DNA of 64,000 nt. Source: an uncultured Clostridia bacterium. Lineage in GTDB: Bacteria > Bacillota > Clostridia > Christensenellales > CAG-917. The stretch covers positions 64,363 to 128,362 of the forward strand of contig CANPWB010000002.1 of NCBI GenBank assembly GCA_947581925.1, given 5' to 3'. The notes beneath the pieces were generated by a model. That model had not been told where the DNA came from. It did no database searches and was given only the letters and a program-made list of their open reading frames with translations. A program made the position numbers and the translations under genes. Positions 39,323 to 47,954 of the stretch are shown piece after piece; position 1 is the first letter of the stretch, and every line of letters begins with the position of its first letter.

Positions 39323-39784
39323 ATGGCAAAACGAAATATTCTCACAGTCCCCGACCCACTTCTCTATAAGAAGTGCAGACCCGTTGAAGTTTTCGACGAA
39401 AAACTTGCGGACCTCATTGATGACCTCACCGACACCGTAAAAGCGGCGGAGGGCGCGGGGCTTGCGGCTCCGCAAGTAGCGGTGCTGAAACGCGTATGCG
39501 TAGTCGACACCGAGGACGGCTTTTTCGAGCTTGTAAATCCCGTACTGCTGTCCGCGAGCGGCTCGCAGCGCGGCCCCGAAGGCTGTCTGTCCGTACCCAA
39601 AAAGTACGGCACAGTCACTCGCCCGATGAAGGTCACCGTGCAGGCGTACGACAGGGACGGCGTCCTGCATAAGTACAAGGTCAAGGGCTTCACGGCGCGC
39701 GCTTTTCTGCACGAGATGGATCATCTCGACGGCATAATCTACACCTCTTTGGCGGAGGACAGTTTCGACGAGGACAAGAAATGA
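39323..39784 (+). CDS. def: peptide deformylase
   Basis: Motifs GAGLAAPQV, EGCLS and HEMDHLDG are present. Confidence 0.95.
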   Translation: MAKRNILTVPDPLLYKKCRPVEVFDEKLADLIDDLTDTVKAAEGAGLAAPQVAVLKRVCVVDTEDGFFELVNPVLLSASGSQRGPEGCLSVPKKYGTVTRPMKVTVQAYDRDGVLHKYKVKGFTARAFLHEMDHLDGIIYTSLAEDSFDEDKK

Positions 39785-40716
39785 AGATAGTCTTTATGGG
39801 CACCCCCGATTTTTCCGCGCAAGTGCTCAAAAAATTGAACTCCGCATATCCCGTCGCCGCGGTAGTCACAAATCCGGACAGACCCGCGGGCAGGGGAAAC
39901 GCGCTCCGTCCCTCGCCGCTCAAGCTCGCGGCGGAGGAGCTCGGCATACCCGTCTATCAATATGAGAAGGTCTCGCGCGAAGGTATAGCGGATATGGAGG
40001 CTCTATCTCCCGACCTCGTCGTTACGGCGGCGTTCGGGCAGATATTGTCCGAGAAGTTTTTGAGCGTCCCGAAATTCGGCGTTCTGAACGTGCATGCCTC
40101 GCTCCTTCCCAAATATCGCGGCGCGTCCCCCATACAGTGGGCGATATTAAACGGCGACGAGTATACGGGAGTCACCGTCATGCGCACGGTGAAGGAAGTT
40201 GACGCGGGGGATATCCTGCTTTCAAAACGCGTGAAAATAGGCGAAAAAGAGACGGCTGGCGAGCTCTTTGACCGACTTGCGGACTTGGGCGGAGACGCCA
40301 TAGTCGAGGCAGTCTCGCTCCTGGAGCGCGGCGATGCCGTATTCACGCCCCAAAATGCAGAGCAAGCCACGCATTGCGGCATGATCTCAAAAGGCGATGG
40401 GCTCATTGACTTTTCGCGTACGGCGAGACAGTTGGACTGTTTTGTACGCGGCATGACTCCTTGGCCCTCTGCTTATACCTATTTAAAGGGCAAAACTCTC
40501 AAAATTTTTGAAGTCGTACCCTCGAACGTATCTTCCGAAGGTCATGACTTCGGAGAAGTCGTCGCCGCCTCTTCCTCGGACGGGCTATGCGTCAAAGTTG
40601 GGGACGGAACGGTGCGCCTAAAAGAGCTACAGTGCGAGGGCGCAAGGCGTATGAACGACGCCGAATTTTTGCGCGGACACGCCGTAAATGTTGGCGAGAG
40701 GCTTGGCAAACTATGA
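39781..40716 (+). CDS. fmt: methionyl-tRNA formyltransferase
   Basis: MKIVFMGTPDFS and NVHASLLPKYRGASPIQ are present. Confidence 0.95.
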   Translation: MKIVFMGTPDFSAQVLKKLNSAYPVAAVVTNPDRPAGRGNALRPSPLKLAAEELGIPVYQYEKVSREGIADMEALSPDLVVTAAFGQILSEKFLSVPKFGVLNVHASLLPKYRGASPIQWAILNGDEYTGVTVMRTVKEVDAGDILLSKRVKIGEKETAGELFDRLADLGGDAIVEAVSLLERGDAVFTPQNAEQATHCGMISKGDGLIDFSRTARQLDCFVRGMTPWPSAYTYLKGKTLKIFEVVPSNVSSEGHDFGEVVAASSSDGLCVKVGDGTVRLKELQCEGARRMNDAEFLRGHAVNVGERLGKL

Positions 40717-41993
40717 GGAAGTATATTTTCGAGGCGCATGCCGTGCTCAAAAGGATATACGGCGAGGGGAGCTACTCCGACGAGGCTTTTGGAAAGGGCG
40801 ACGTGAGCGCGCTCGTCACAAAGCTCACCTACGGAGTGCTTGAAAACGACATCCTTCTCGATCATATCCTTGCGCAGTGCGTGAGCAAAAAGCCTCGCCT
40901 CGACGCGTACATACTCTTGAAGATCGGTGTATACGCGCTCCTCACGCTCACCGACGTGCCTGATTACGCGGTCGTAAGCGAGTGCGTGGAAGTCGCAAAG
41001 CGTATGAAAGACGTGCGCGGCGCGAGCGGATTTGTCAACGCCGTATTAAAGCGCGTAGCCGCCCGCGATTTCAAGCTCCCCAAAGAGGGGGACGCGGACT
41101 ATCTCAGCGTGACGTATTCCGTCCCGCAGTGGTTTATAGACAGGATGTGCGCCGGGTATGGCAAAGAGTGCGCGGAAATCGTCATAAAAGAGAGGCCGAG
41201 CGAGCTTGAACATCTCAGAATAAACACCCGTTTATCCACCTTGAAGGACGTTACGGACGCGCTGGACAAGGCGGGCGAGAGCTATACTGTCACGGATGTC
41301 GGCGGGATAAGCGTGAGAGTGTGCGATGAGGTAAAGTCCCTGTTTTTAAAGGGGTGGGTCACCTATCAATCGCCGTCCAGCATGCTCGCTGTCAAGGCTC
41401 TCGGCGTACGCGAGGGCAGCAAGACGCTGGATATGTGTTCCGCGCCCGGCGGAAAGGCGGTGTATATCAGCGAGCTTGATCCTTCGGGGAGCGTCGTCGC
41501 GTGCGAGCTGTATCCATTCAGACTAAAACAGCTCGAGGGCTACGCGGCGCGTATGCATGCGGATAACGTTTTGCCCGTGCTCGCGGACGGCACAAAGTTC
41601 AACGCTAAATTTAAGGACGCCTTCGATTTTGTGCTTGTGGACGCGCCGTGTTCCTGTTTTGGCACCTACAAAAAACATCCCGACGTGTTCATAAGGCGTG
41701 GAGAGGCGGACATCACAAAACTTGCCGCCACTCAACGCGCCATACTCAAAAACGCCGCGACGTATGTCAAAAAAGGCGGAGTACTCGTCTACTCCACATG
41801 TACGCTATTCGACGAGGAGAACGGCGACGTAGTAAAGAGTTTACTTGCGGGAGGCGCGTTCGAGCTTGAGCATATAGACGGCTTGGATGCCGTAGACGGC
41901 GGCAGATACGCAAGCAATGACGGAGTTATATCCATATTGCCGCACGGCATATACGACGGTTTTTACATCGCGAAGATGAGGCGTAAAAAGTGA
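40713..41993 (+). CDS. rsmB: 16S rRNA (cytosine967-C5)-methyltransferase RsmB
   Basis: Internal ATG at 40713 overlaps the fmt stop (ATGA). LDMCSAPGGK, VDAPCS and YSTCT catalytic Cys motifs are present. Confidence 0.9.
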   Translation: MRKYIFEAHAVLKRIYGEGSYSDEAFGKGDVSALVTKLTYGVLENDILLDHILAQCVSKKPRLDAYILLKIGVYALLTLTDVPDYAVVSECVEVAKRMKDVRGASGFVNAVLKRVAARDFKLPKEGDADYLSVTYSVPQWFIDRMCAGYGKECAEIVIKERPSELEHLRINTRLSTLKDVTDALDKAGESYTVTDVGGISVRVCDEVKSLFLKGWVTYQSPSSMLAVKALGVREGSKTLDMCSAPGGKAVYISELDPSGSVVACELYPFRLKQLEGYAARMHADNVLPVLADGTKFNAKFKDAFDFVLVDAPCSCFGTYKKHPDVFIRRGEADITKLAATQRAILKNAATYVKKGGVLVYSTCTLFDEENGDVVKSLLAGGAFELEHIDGLDAVDGGRYASNDGVISILPHGIYDGFYIAKMRRKK

Positions 41994-43054
41994 GCGAAAT
42001 GTGCGAAAAACAAGTTTTGCTCGGCATGAGCGCGGACGACATCGCAAACCTTCCTCTTTGCGAGGGCTTTCGGGCGCGGCAGATATACGGGCATCTCATT
42101 GACGGCAGGACTTTTGACGAGATGACCTCTCTGCCTAAGGAACTGCGCGCCGAACTAAGCTCGAAATATATATCCTCGCCCGTGGAGATCCTGCGCGTAT
42201 TCAAAGGCAAGAGCGGCACAAAAAAATATCTGTATCGCCTTTTGGACGGCGGGCTCATCGAGGGCGTATATATGCCGCACGACTACGGCGACACGCTTTG
42301 CATAAGCACGCAGATAGGTTGCAGAATGGGCTGCAAATTCTGCGCAAGCGGGTTGGACGGGCTGCTCAGAAACCTCACTCCCGCCGAAATGCTTGGAGAA
42401 GTTGTCTGCGCGAATCGCGAGAGTGGCGGCACGTCGAAGAAGCGCGCCGTCACAAACATAGTGCTCATGGGCAGCGGCGAACCTTTTGACAACTATGACA
42501 ACGTGCTCGCGTTTTTGGACGCGGTGAGCGCGGAGGGCGGCATAAACATAAGCGAGCGCAATATATCGCTTTCCACGTCGGGCGTCGTGCCGAAGATACG
42601 GCAGTTTGCGGACAGCGGACACAAAGTCACGCTTTCCATAAGTCTACACGCGCCGTTCGATGCGCTCAGAAGCTCGCTCATGCCGATAAATAAGGCGTAT
42701 CCCATTGCCGAAGTAATATCCGCGGCGCGCTACTATTTTGAAAAGACGGGCAGGCGGGTGATTTTCGAGTATACGCTCATCAAAGGCGAAAACGATTCGG
42801 ACGCTTGCGCGAAGGAGCTTGCTCGCCTCACGCGAGGCTTTCCTGCCCACGTCAACCTTATACGGCTGAACGAGGTGAAGGAGAGCGCGCTCAAAGCGCC
42901 GGAAAAGGACGCGACCGAGGCATTCAAAGACAAACTCACGGAGATAGGCGTTTCGGCTACTATTCGCCGAAGTCTTGGCGGGGATATAGAGGGCGCATGC
43001 GGACAACTCCGCCGCCGTTATCTCGAAGAAAACGGCGAGGGAGAGGACATATAA
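41990..43054 (+). CDS. rlmN: 23S rRNA/tRNA (adenine-C2)-methyltransferase RlmN (radical SAM)
   Basis: GTG at 41990 overlaps the rsmB stop; the alternative ATG is at 41999. FRARQIY, the CRMGCKFC radical-SAM cluster and GSGEP are present. Confidence 0.9.
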   Translation: MSEMCEKQVLLGMSADDIANLPLCEGFRARQIYGHLIDGRTFDEMTSLPKELRAELSSKYISSPVEILRVFKGKSGTKKYLYRLLDGGLIEGVYMPHDYGDTLCISTQIGCRMGCKFCASGLDGLLRNLTPAEMLGEVVCANRESGGTSKKRAVTNIVLMGSGEPFDNYDNVLAFLDAVSAEGGINISERNISLSTSGVVPKIRQFADSGHKVTLSISLHAPFDALRSSLMPINKAYPIAEVISAARYYFEKTGRRVIFEYTLIKGENDSDACAKELARLTRGFPAHVNLIRLNEVKESALKAPEKDATEAFKDKLTEIGVSATIRRSLGGDIEGACGQLRRRYLEENGEGEDI

Positions 43055-43073
43055 CAACTTAAAGGAGGACGGT

Positions 43074-43931
43074 GTGAAGTCATTTCGCGGCAGAGTGATA
43101 AAGGCGGTGAGCTCGCGATTTTTTGTAGATATCGGCGGAGACGTCAAGGTGTGCTATGCGCGCAAAAAGCTTAAGGCGGACGGTGACATTTATGTCGGCG
43201 ACATCGTTACCGTAAGCAAGGATCGCGACAGCTTTGTCATCGAAGAGGTGTTACCGCGCAGGAACAGCCTCATTCGCCCGTATGTCGCAAACATTGACGT
43301 CTGTTTTATCGTCATCGCGCCCGAGCCTCAACCCGACTTCCTGCTTGTGGATAAAATCATCGTCAACTGCCTCAAACAGGACATCACGCCCGTACTCGTA
43401 AAGAACAAGAGCGATATTGCGGATATCGACGCGTCGGAGTACGATAAAGTGCTTGATATTGTCGCTTGCAGCGCGGAGAGCGGAGAGGGGATAGTCGCGC
43501 TCGCCACGCGCGCCAAGGGCAAGACTGTATGCTTTGCGGGACAGTCCGCCGTGGGAAAGAGCTCGCTCATAAACGCCATGCTGGATGCGCCCATACTCGA
43601 GGTAGGCGAGCTTGCCAAAAAAATAAAGCGCGGCAAAAACACAACCCGCCGTACGGAAATATTGTCCCTCGGCGAGGACATCTATCTCGTGGACACCTGC
43701 GGCTTTTCCATGCTCGAAGCCGTGGACATTTTGCCCGAAGAGCTCCGCTTGTACTATGACGATATGGAAGAGTACAGAAAGGATTGCCGATTCAACATGT
43801 GCACACACACCGTAGAGCCCGATTGCGCCGTGCGTGCCGAGGTGGGAAAGGGCGTAGGCAAGGGCAGGTACGAGCGATATCTCGCCATATTTGCCGAACT
43901 CAAGGAGAGGAAAGAGACCAAATTCGACTGA
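43074..43931 (+). CDS. rsgA: ribosome small-subunit-dependent GTPase A
   Basis: GTG start after AAAGGAGGA. The GTPase is circularly permuted, with NKSD before GQSAVGKSS and DTCGF. A C-terminal zinc knuckle CRFNMCTHTVEPDC is present. Confidence 0.9.
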   Translation: MKSFRGRVIKAVSSRFFVDIGGDVKVCYARKKLKADGDIYVGDIVTVSKDRDSFVIEEVLPRRNSLIRPYVANIDVCFIVIAPEPQPDFLLVDKIIVNCLKQDITPVLVKNKSDIADIDASEYDKVLDIVACSAESGEGIVALATRAKGKTVCFAGQSAVGKSSLINAMLDAPILEVGELAKKIKRGKNTTRRTEILSLGEDIYLVDTCGFSMLEAVDILPEELRLYYDDMEEYRKDCRFNMCTHTVEPDCAVRAEVGKGVGKGRYERYLAIFAELKERKETKFD

Positions 43932-44082
43932 AAACGGACGAAATTTTGCAAAAATAATGCATATTCGATAGCATAATGACATTTTGCGAAAATAAGTGCG
44001 CAGGTCAAATGCATAAAAACCGCGCTCGTGCATAAGCGCAAATGAATACAAATTTAAACGCAAATGCGTTAAGAGGGGAAGT

Positions 44083-44748
44083 ATGAAAAAAATCAAAGTT
44101 GCTCCGTCAATACTCTCGGCAGACTTCTGCAAGATGGCTGAAGCCGTCGAAAATCTCAAGGCGTGGGGCGCGGACATCGTGCACTGCGACATTATGGATG
44201 GCGTGTACGTGCCAAATCTCACGTTCGGCATGCCAATGGTGAAGGCGCTTAGGCGCTATACGGATATGCCTCTCGACGCGCACCTCATGATCACGCGCCC
44301 CGAAAGGTATGTCGGGCAGTTTTGCGACGCGGGCGCGGACATAGTCACCTTCCATCCCGAGGCTTGTGAGAGCGAAGAGGAAGCGCATAAGGCGCTTAAA
44401 GCTATACGCGAAGCGGGCAAAAAGTGCGGAGTTGCTGTCAATGCGGATATGCCCGCGGAGCTCGCTTTGCCGTATCTTGACGAGATTGATATGCTTGTCA
44501 TAATGACCGTGCAGGCAGGTTTCGGCGGACAGAGTTTCAAACCCGAATGCCTCAAAAAAGCGGAATTTTTGAAAGCGGAAGCCCCAAAGCGCGGGCTGTC
44601 GTTCGATATCGAATTTGACGGCGGAGTGTGTCCCTCAAATGCCGCGCAGTGCAAAGACGCGGGCGCGACCGTGCTTGTCGCGGGCAACGCCGTTTTCAAG
44701 TCCTCCGACCCCGCCTCCACAGTCGCCGCCATGCAACTTCCTCTTTAA
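44083..44748 (+). CDS. rpe: ribulose-phosphate 3-epimerase
   Basis: APSILSADF, HCDIMDG, HLM and GFGGQSF are present. Confidence 0.95.
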   Translation: MKKIKVAPSILSADFCKMAEAVENLKAWGADIVHCDIMDGVYVPNLTFGMPMVKALRRYTDMPLDAHLMITRPERYVGQFCDAGADIVTFHPEACESEEEAHKALKAIREAGKKCGVAVNADMPAELALPYLDEIDMLVIMTVQAGFGGQSFKPECLKKAEFLKAEAPKRGLSFDIEFDGGVCPSNAAQCKDAGATVLVAGNAVFKSSDPASTVAAMQLPL

Positions 44749-44774
44749 AATAAATTTTTGAAATATAGCCGTTT

Positions 44775-44807
44775 TGCCGATGCCTCACCTCGACGTCGGC
44801 ATTTTTA
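44775..44807 (+). terminator. rho-independent terminator after rpe
   Basis: TGCCGAtg-cctcacctcga-cgTCGGCA followed by TTTTTAT. Confidence 0.65.
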
Positions 44808-44931
44808 TATGTATATGAAACTTTATGTTTTATGCAATCGTAAACGTTTTCTTAATTGGTTTACAGATAAGACTTTTAAAGTGGTTGGGGCAAAAATATA
44901 GCTTTTTTAAGCCTAATTGCGTCGGCAAAAT

Positions 44932-44963
44932 GAAAAGCGTTACCTCGTGCGGTAGCGCTTTTC
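44932..44963 (-). terminator. terminator hairpin directly after rnpB
   Basis: On the minus strand: GAAAAGCGcTACC-gcacga-GGTAaCGCTTTTC followed by ATTTTG. Confidence 0.6.
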
Positions 44964-44964
44964 A

Positions 44965-45291
44965 TACTGCGAGGCTAGTCTGTAAGCCGAGTTCTGTGTT
45001 CGGTTGCCATCTATCTAGGCGGTATATCGCTATACCGCTCAAGCGATGTGGGGAGCGCGTGGGCTGCATAATGCTCCCGATCTTGCATCGAGTGGGGTTT
45101 ACATCGCGCCTTGTCGCCAATTTGCGGGTGAGCTCTTACCTCGCCTTTCCATCCTTACCCGAAATTCGGGCGGTATTTTTCTGTTGCACTGTCCTTGAAG
45201 TCGCCTTCACAAGTAGTTAGCTTGCACTCTTGCCCGTTGATGCTCGGACTTTCCTCAAATATTTCATGCGGCAACCCGGCTAGCTCGCAAC
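44965..45291 (-). ncRNA. rnpB: RNase P RNA (bacterial type A)
   Basis: The reverse complement contains GAGGAAAGTCCGAGC, ACAGAAAAATACCGCC, GGTAAGGATGGAAAGGCGAGGTAAGAGCTCACC and ACAGAACTCGGCTTACAG. 5' TGCGAGCTAG pairs with 3' CTAGCCTCGCA (P1). A promoter lies upstream and a terminator downstream. Confidence 0.92.
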
Positions 45292-45295
45292 TCTT

Positions 45296-45323
45296 ATTAT
45301 ACCTAAATAGCGAGATTTTGCAA
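45296..45323 (-). promoter_or_regulatory. sigma-A promoter of rnpB
   Basis: On the minus strand: TTGCAA (45323-45318), a 16-nt spacer, then TATAAT (45301-45296). P1 starts about 6-8 nt downstream. Confidence 0.65.
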
Positions 45324-45376
45324 GCGGATTTTGATATAACGGGCTAAAATCGGCGCGAAATGTCAATATTTTTGGT

Positions 45377-46747
45377 ATGACATACGCTGTAAGCATAGGC
45401 GTCGTAGCGCTGTTTGTAGTCATATATTTTCTCATGAGGCGCCACGTGAAGCCTGTCTATTGCAAAAATATAGGGGACGCGGAGTTTGAAGCGGAGGCAA
45501 ATAAGCTTGTGCGGGCTTTGCCGTTGCCAAAAAAGCGCGCCGAAGTGCCGTCGCTTGCGTTCAACATAAAGCGCAATATTTCAAAACTCAAATCGCGGCG
45601 TTACGGCGGGAAATTCGACGATCTGATCGTCTCAAAAGACAAACTGAAAGGAATGTTCGCGACGCCTCTTCTCGGTGCGCTCCCGTCTGTGGACGGCGTG
45701 CCTAGGTGCGTCCGTCTTGCTCAGTTTTGCCTTGAGATGAGCGGCGGCAGGGCGGATGAAACCAGGATACGAACTATTTTAGAGGTGCAAAACGAGTGGC
45801 GCACTCTCACTTTTTTTGAGATAGAGGCGCTTGCGCAGGCATTCAAGTACGCGCTCGCTCAGCAGCTCGCGTCGCTGTATGAAAAACTTTATACCGTCGT
45901 AAAGTTCGAGGATATTGCCAAAAGATATGTGTATTCGCGGGGCAGGACGGGCAAAAAATATGCCAAGTTTGCAAAGGATAAGCTGTTTTTGAGTTTGTGC
46001 GCGAACGCGGCGGGATATAAGTCCGACATCTATCAAGCGACTCTAAAGGAGTTGAGGGCAAAGTTCGGCTGCGAACTAGAGAGGATAATGAGCGCGCTTG
46101 ATATTGTCGAGCGCATTGACTTTTCGCCGTACTACTCGCCGCTTGAAATATATGACAAATATGAGATGTTCTCGTCCTCCGACGAAGGGACAAAGCGTAA
46201 CTTTTTGACGCTCGCGTCCGAGATAAGCGATAGGGAAAACCTCGACGAGTTTTTATTTGCAGTGCGCGTAGACAGATATATGCTCAGCGCGTCGTCGGGT
46301 CATATGACTATCGCGAGATTTAAGATATTTGACAATATGATGAGTTTCATAAGGCAAAAACGCGACGTCTCCATGCTTGGCGCGGCGCTAAGTTCGCGCT
46401 ACTTTATGGATTTGTATTTTAAACCTGTAAAAAGACGCTTTCTGAGCAGAAGTATTACAAAAATCAATGAATATGAGAATAGTTTTGAACCGATTTACAA
46501 ATTTAAAACCGTAAATTTTGGCATATCCGCAAAGGACGGCAAATTGAAATTGTCACCGAGATTGCCTTTGGGCGTGACTTCTGCGGACATAAATTTTGAA
46601 TACGGCGGCGTAAGTCACACAATACATTTGAAGCGCGGCGAAGAGAGGGCTTTATACATCGGCGACACTCGCATAAACGGCGTGGACGCTATACCTTTAG
46701 GCGACAAATCGTTGAATATTACGCTTACCGTCTCGGACAAGACATAA
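45377..46747 (+). CDS. hypothetical N-terminally membrane-anchored protein; weak resemblance to non-catalytic end regions of GH94 / cyclic beta-1,2-glucan synthase-like proteins
   Basis: 456 aa with one N-terminal TM helix (SIGVVALFVVIYFLM). GVPRCVRLAQFCLEMSGGRADETRIRTILEVQNEWRTLTFFEIEALAQAFKYALAQQLASL resembles the G-x-PR..LA..(D/E)..Q..LT..E(L/I)WA region I recall from NdvB/ChvB-type N-termini. The RBS is poor and the 3' half is AT-rich. Confidence 0.35.
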   Translation: MTYAVSIGVVALFVVIYFLMRRHVKPVYCKNIGDAEFEAEANKLVRALPLPKKRAEVPSLAFNIKRNISKLKSRRYGGKFDDLIVSKDKLKGMFATPLLGALPSVDGVPRCVRLAQFCLEMSGGRADETRIRTILEVQNEWRTLTFFEIEALAQAFKYALAQQLASLYEKLYTVVKFEDIAKRYVYSRGRTGKKYAKFAKDKLFLSLCANAAGYKSDIYQATLKELRAKFGCELERIMSALDIVERIDFSPYYSPLEIYDKYEMFSSSDEGTKRNFLTLASEISDRENLDEFLFAVRVDRYMLSASSGHMTIARFKIFDNMMSFIRQKRDVSMLGAALSSRYFMDLYFKPVKRRFLSRSITKINEYENSFEPIYKFKTVNFGISAKDGKLKLSPRLPLGVTSADINFEYGGVSHTIHLKRGEERALYIGDTRINGVDAIPLGDKSLNITLTVSDKT

Positions 46748-46803
46748 AAAATGCCGTATTTTGTCTCGATTCGCTCATATTTTGCGACTGCAGCGCAAAT
46801 TTC

Positions 46804-46832
46804 TTGACATATTTTTTTGCTGATGTTATGAT
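46804..46832 (+). promoter_or_regulatory. sigma-A promoter (extended -10) for pheST
   Basis: TTGACA (46804-46809), a 17-nt spacer ending in TGt, then TATGAT (46827-46832). Confidence 0.6.
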
Positions 46833-46923
46833 TTTTATAATTCTCACGCGTGTATGTATGCATATATGCGCGCGTTCACGGTCCCCGCAAAAGTGTATTT
46901 TGCAGGCAATTTAGGAGATAAAG

Positions 46924-47943
46924 ATGAAAGAAAAGCTTGACAGCATCAAATGCGCCGCGCTTGAGAGTATCGCCGCGGCTCGCACATCGGCGGATATCGC
47001 CGCTGTAAGAGTGAAATACCTCGGCAAAAGCGGAGAGATTTCCCTCATTATGCGCGATATGGCAAATGTTCCGAAGGATGAACGTCCCGCGCTCGGCAAG
47101 ATGGTAAACGAGGCGAGGGGAGATGTGGAGCGCGCGCTCGACGAGAAGGGCGCGGAGCTTGAAGCGCAGGAAAAAGCGGCGCGTCTGAAGGCGGAAGCTA
47201 TTGACATAACTCTCGACTCGGACGGGCACAAGCTCGGCTCATTGCATCCTCTCACGAAAGTAAGGCGGGAGCTCATCGACATATTTGCGGGTATGGGATT
47301 TAAAGTTGCCGAAGGTCCCGAGATTGAGAGCGACCTCTACAATTTCCAGCTGCTGAATATCCCCAAAGATCATCCTTCGCGAGACATGCAGGACACATTT
47401 TACGTCAATGATAATTTTGTTTTGCGCACGCAGACGTCCGCTATGCAGGCGCGCATTATGACGGTGAGCGAGCCTCCCATCCGCGTCGTCATACCAGGCA
47501 AGGTGTACCGTAGCGACGACGACGCCTCTCACAGCCCCATTTTCAACCAATTCGAGGGTCTTGCGGTGGACAAACACATCACTATGGGCGATCTGCAGGG
47601 CTGTCTTACGACGTTCGCGAAAAAGATATTCTCAGAGGACACAAAGATACGTCTGCGCCCCTCGTATTTTCCATTTACGGAGCCTTCCGTAGAGGTGGAT
47701 GTTACGTGCTCGATGTGCCACGGCAAGGGCTGCAGAGTGTGCAAAGGCACGGGCTGGGTGGAGATCCTCGGCGCGGGCATAGTAAATCCCGCCGTCCTCG
47801 ATATGTGCGGCATAGACAGCAAGCAGTATAGCGGCTTTGCATTCGGTTTTGGCATAGACCGCATCGCGATGATAAGATACGGCATCCCCAACATCAAGTT
47901 GCTGTATGAAAACGATATGCGCTTTCTTGCGCAATTCAACTGA
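46924..47943 (+). CDS. pheS: phenylalanine--tRNA ligase alpha subunit
   Basis: HPLTKV, class II motifs FRxE-like YRSDDDASHSP, FPFTEPS and GAGIVNP are present. Confidence 0.95.
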   Translation: MKEKLDSIKCAALESIAAARTSADIAAVRVKYLGKSGEISLIMRDMANVPKDERPALGKMVNEARGDVERALDEKGAELEAQEKAARLKAEAIDITLDSDGHKLGSLHPLTKVRRELIDIFAGMGFKVAEGPEIESDLYNFQLLNIPKDHPSRDMQDTFYVNDNFVLRTQTSAMQARIMTVSEPPIRVVIPGKVYRSDDDASHSPIFNQFEGLAVDKHITMGDLQGCLTTFAKKIFSEDTKIRLRPSYFPFTEPSVEVDVTCSMCHGKGCRVCKGTGWVEILGAGIVNPAVLDMCGIDSKQYSGFAFGFGIDRIAMIRYGIPNIKLLYENDMRFLAQFN

Positions 47944-47954
47944 GGAGGCAGAAA

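Noticed and set aside
44825-45220. A 131-aa plus-strand ORF in the rpe-to-45377 spacer.
   Set aside because: It overlaps the RNase P RNA gene on the opposite strand, and its translation has no protein-like features.
46748-46923. A T-box or attenuator leader upstream of pheS.
   Set aside because: The predicted promoter leaves only ~85 nt of leader. No T-box consensus (..GGTGGTACCGCG..) or specifier-loop architecture is visible. The two small hairpins are not followed by U-tracts.
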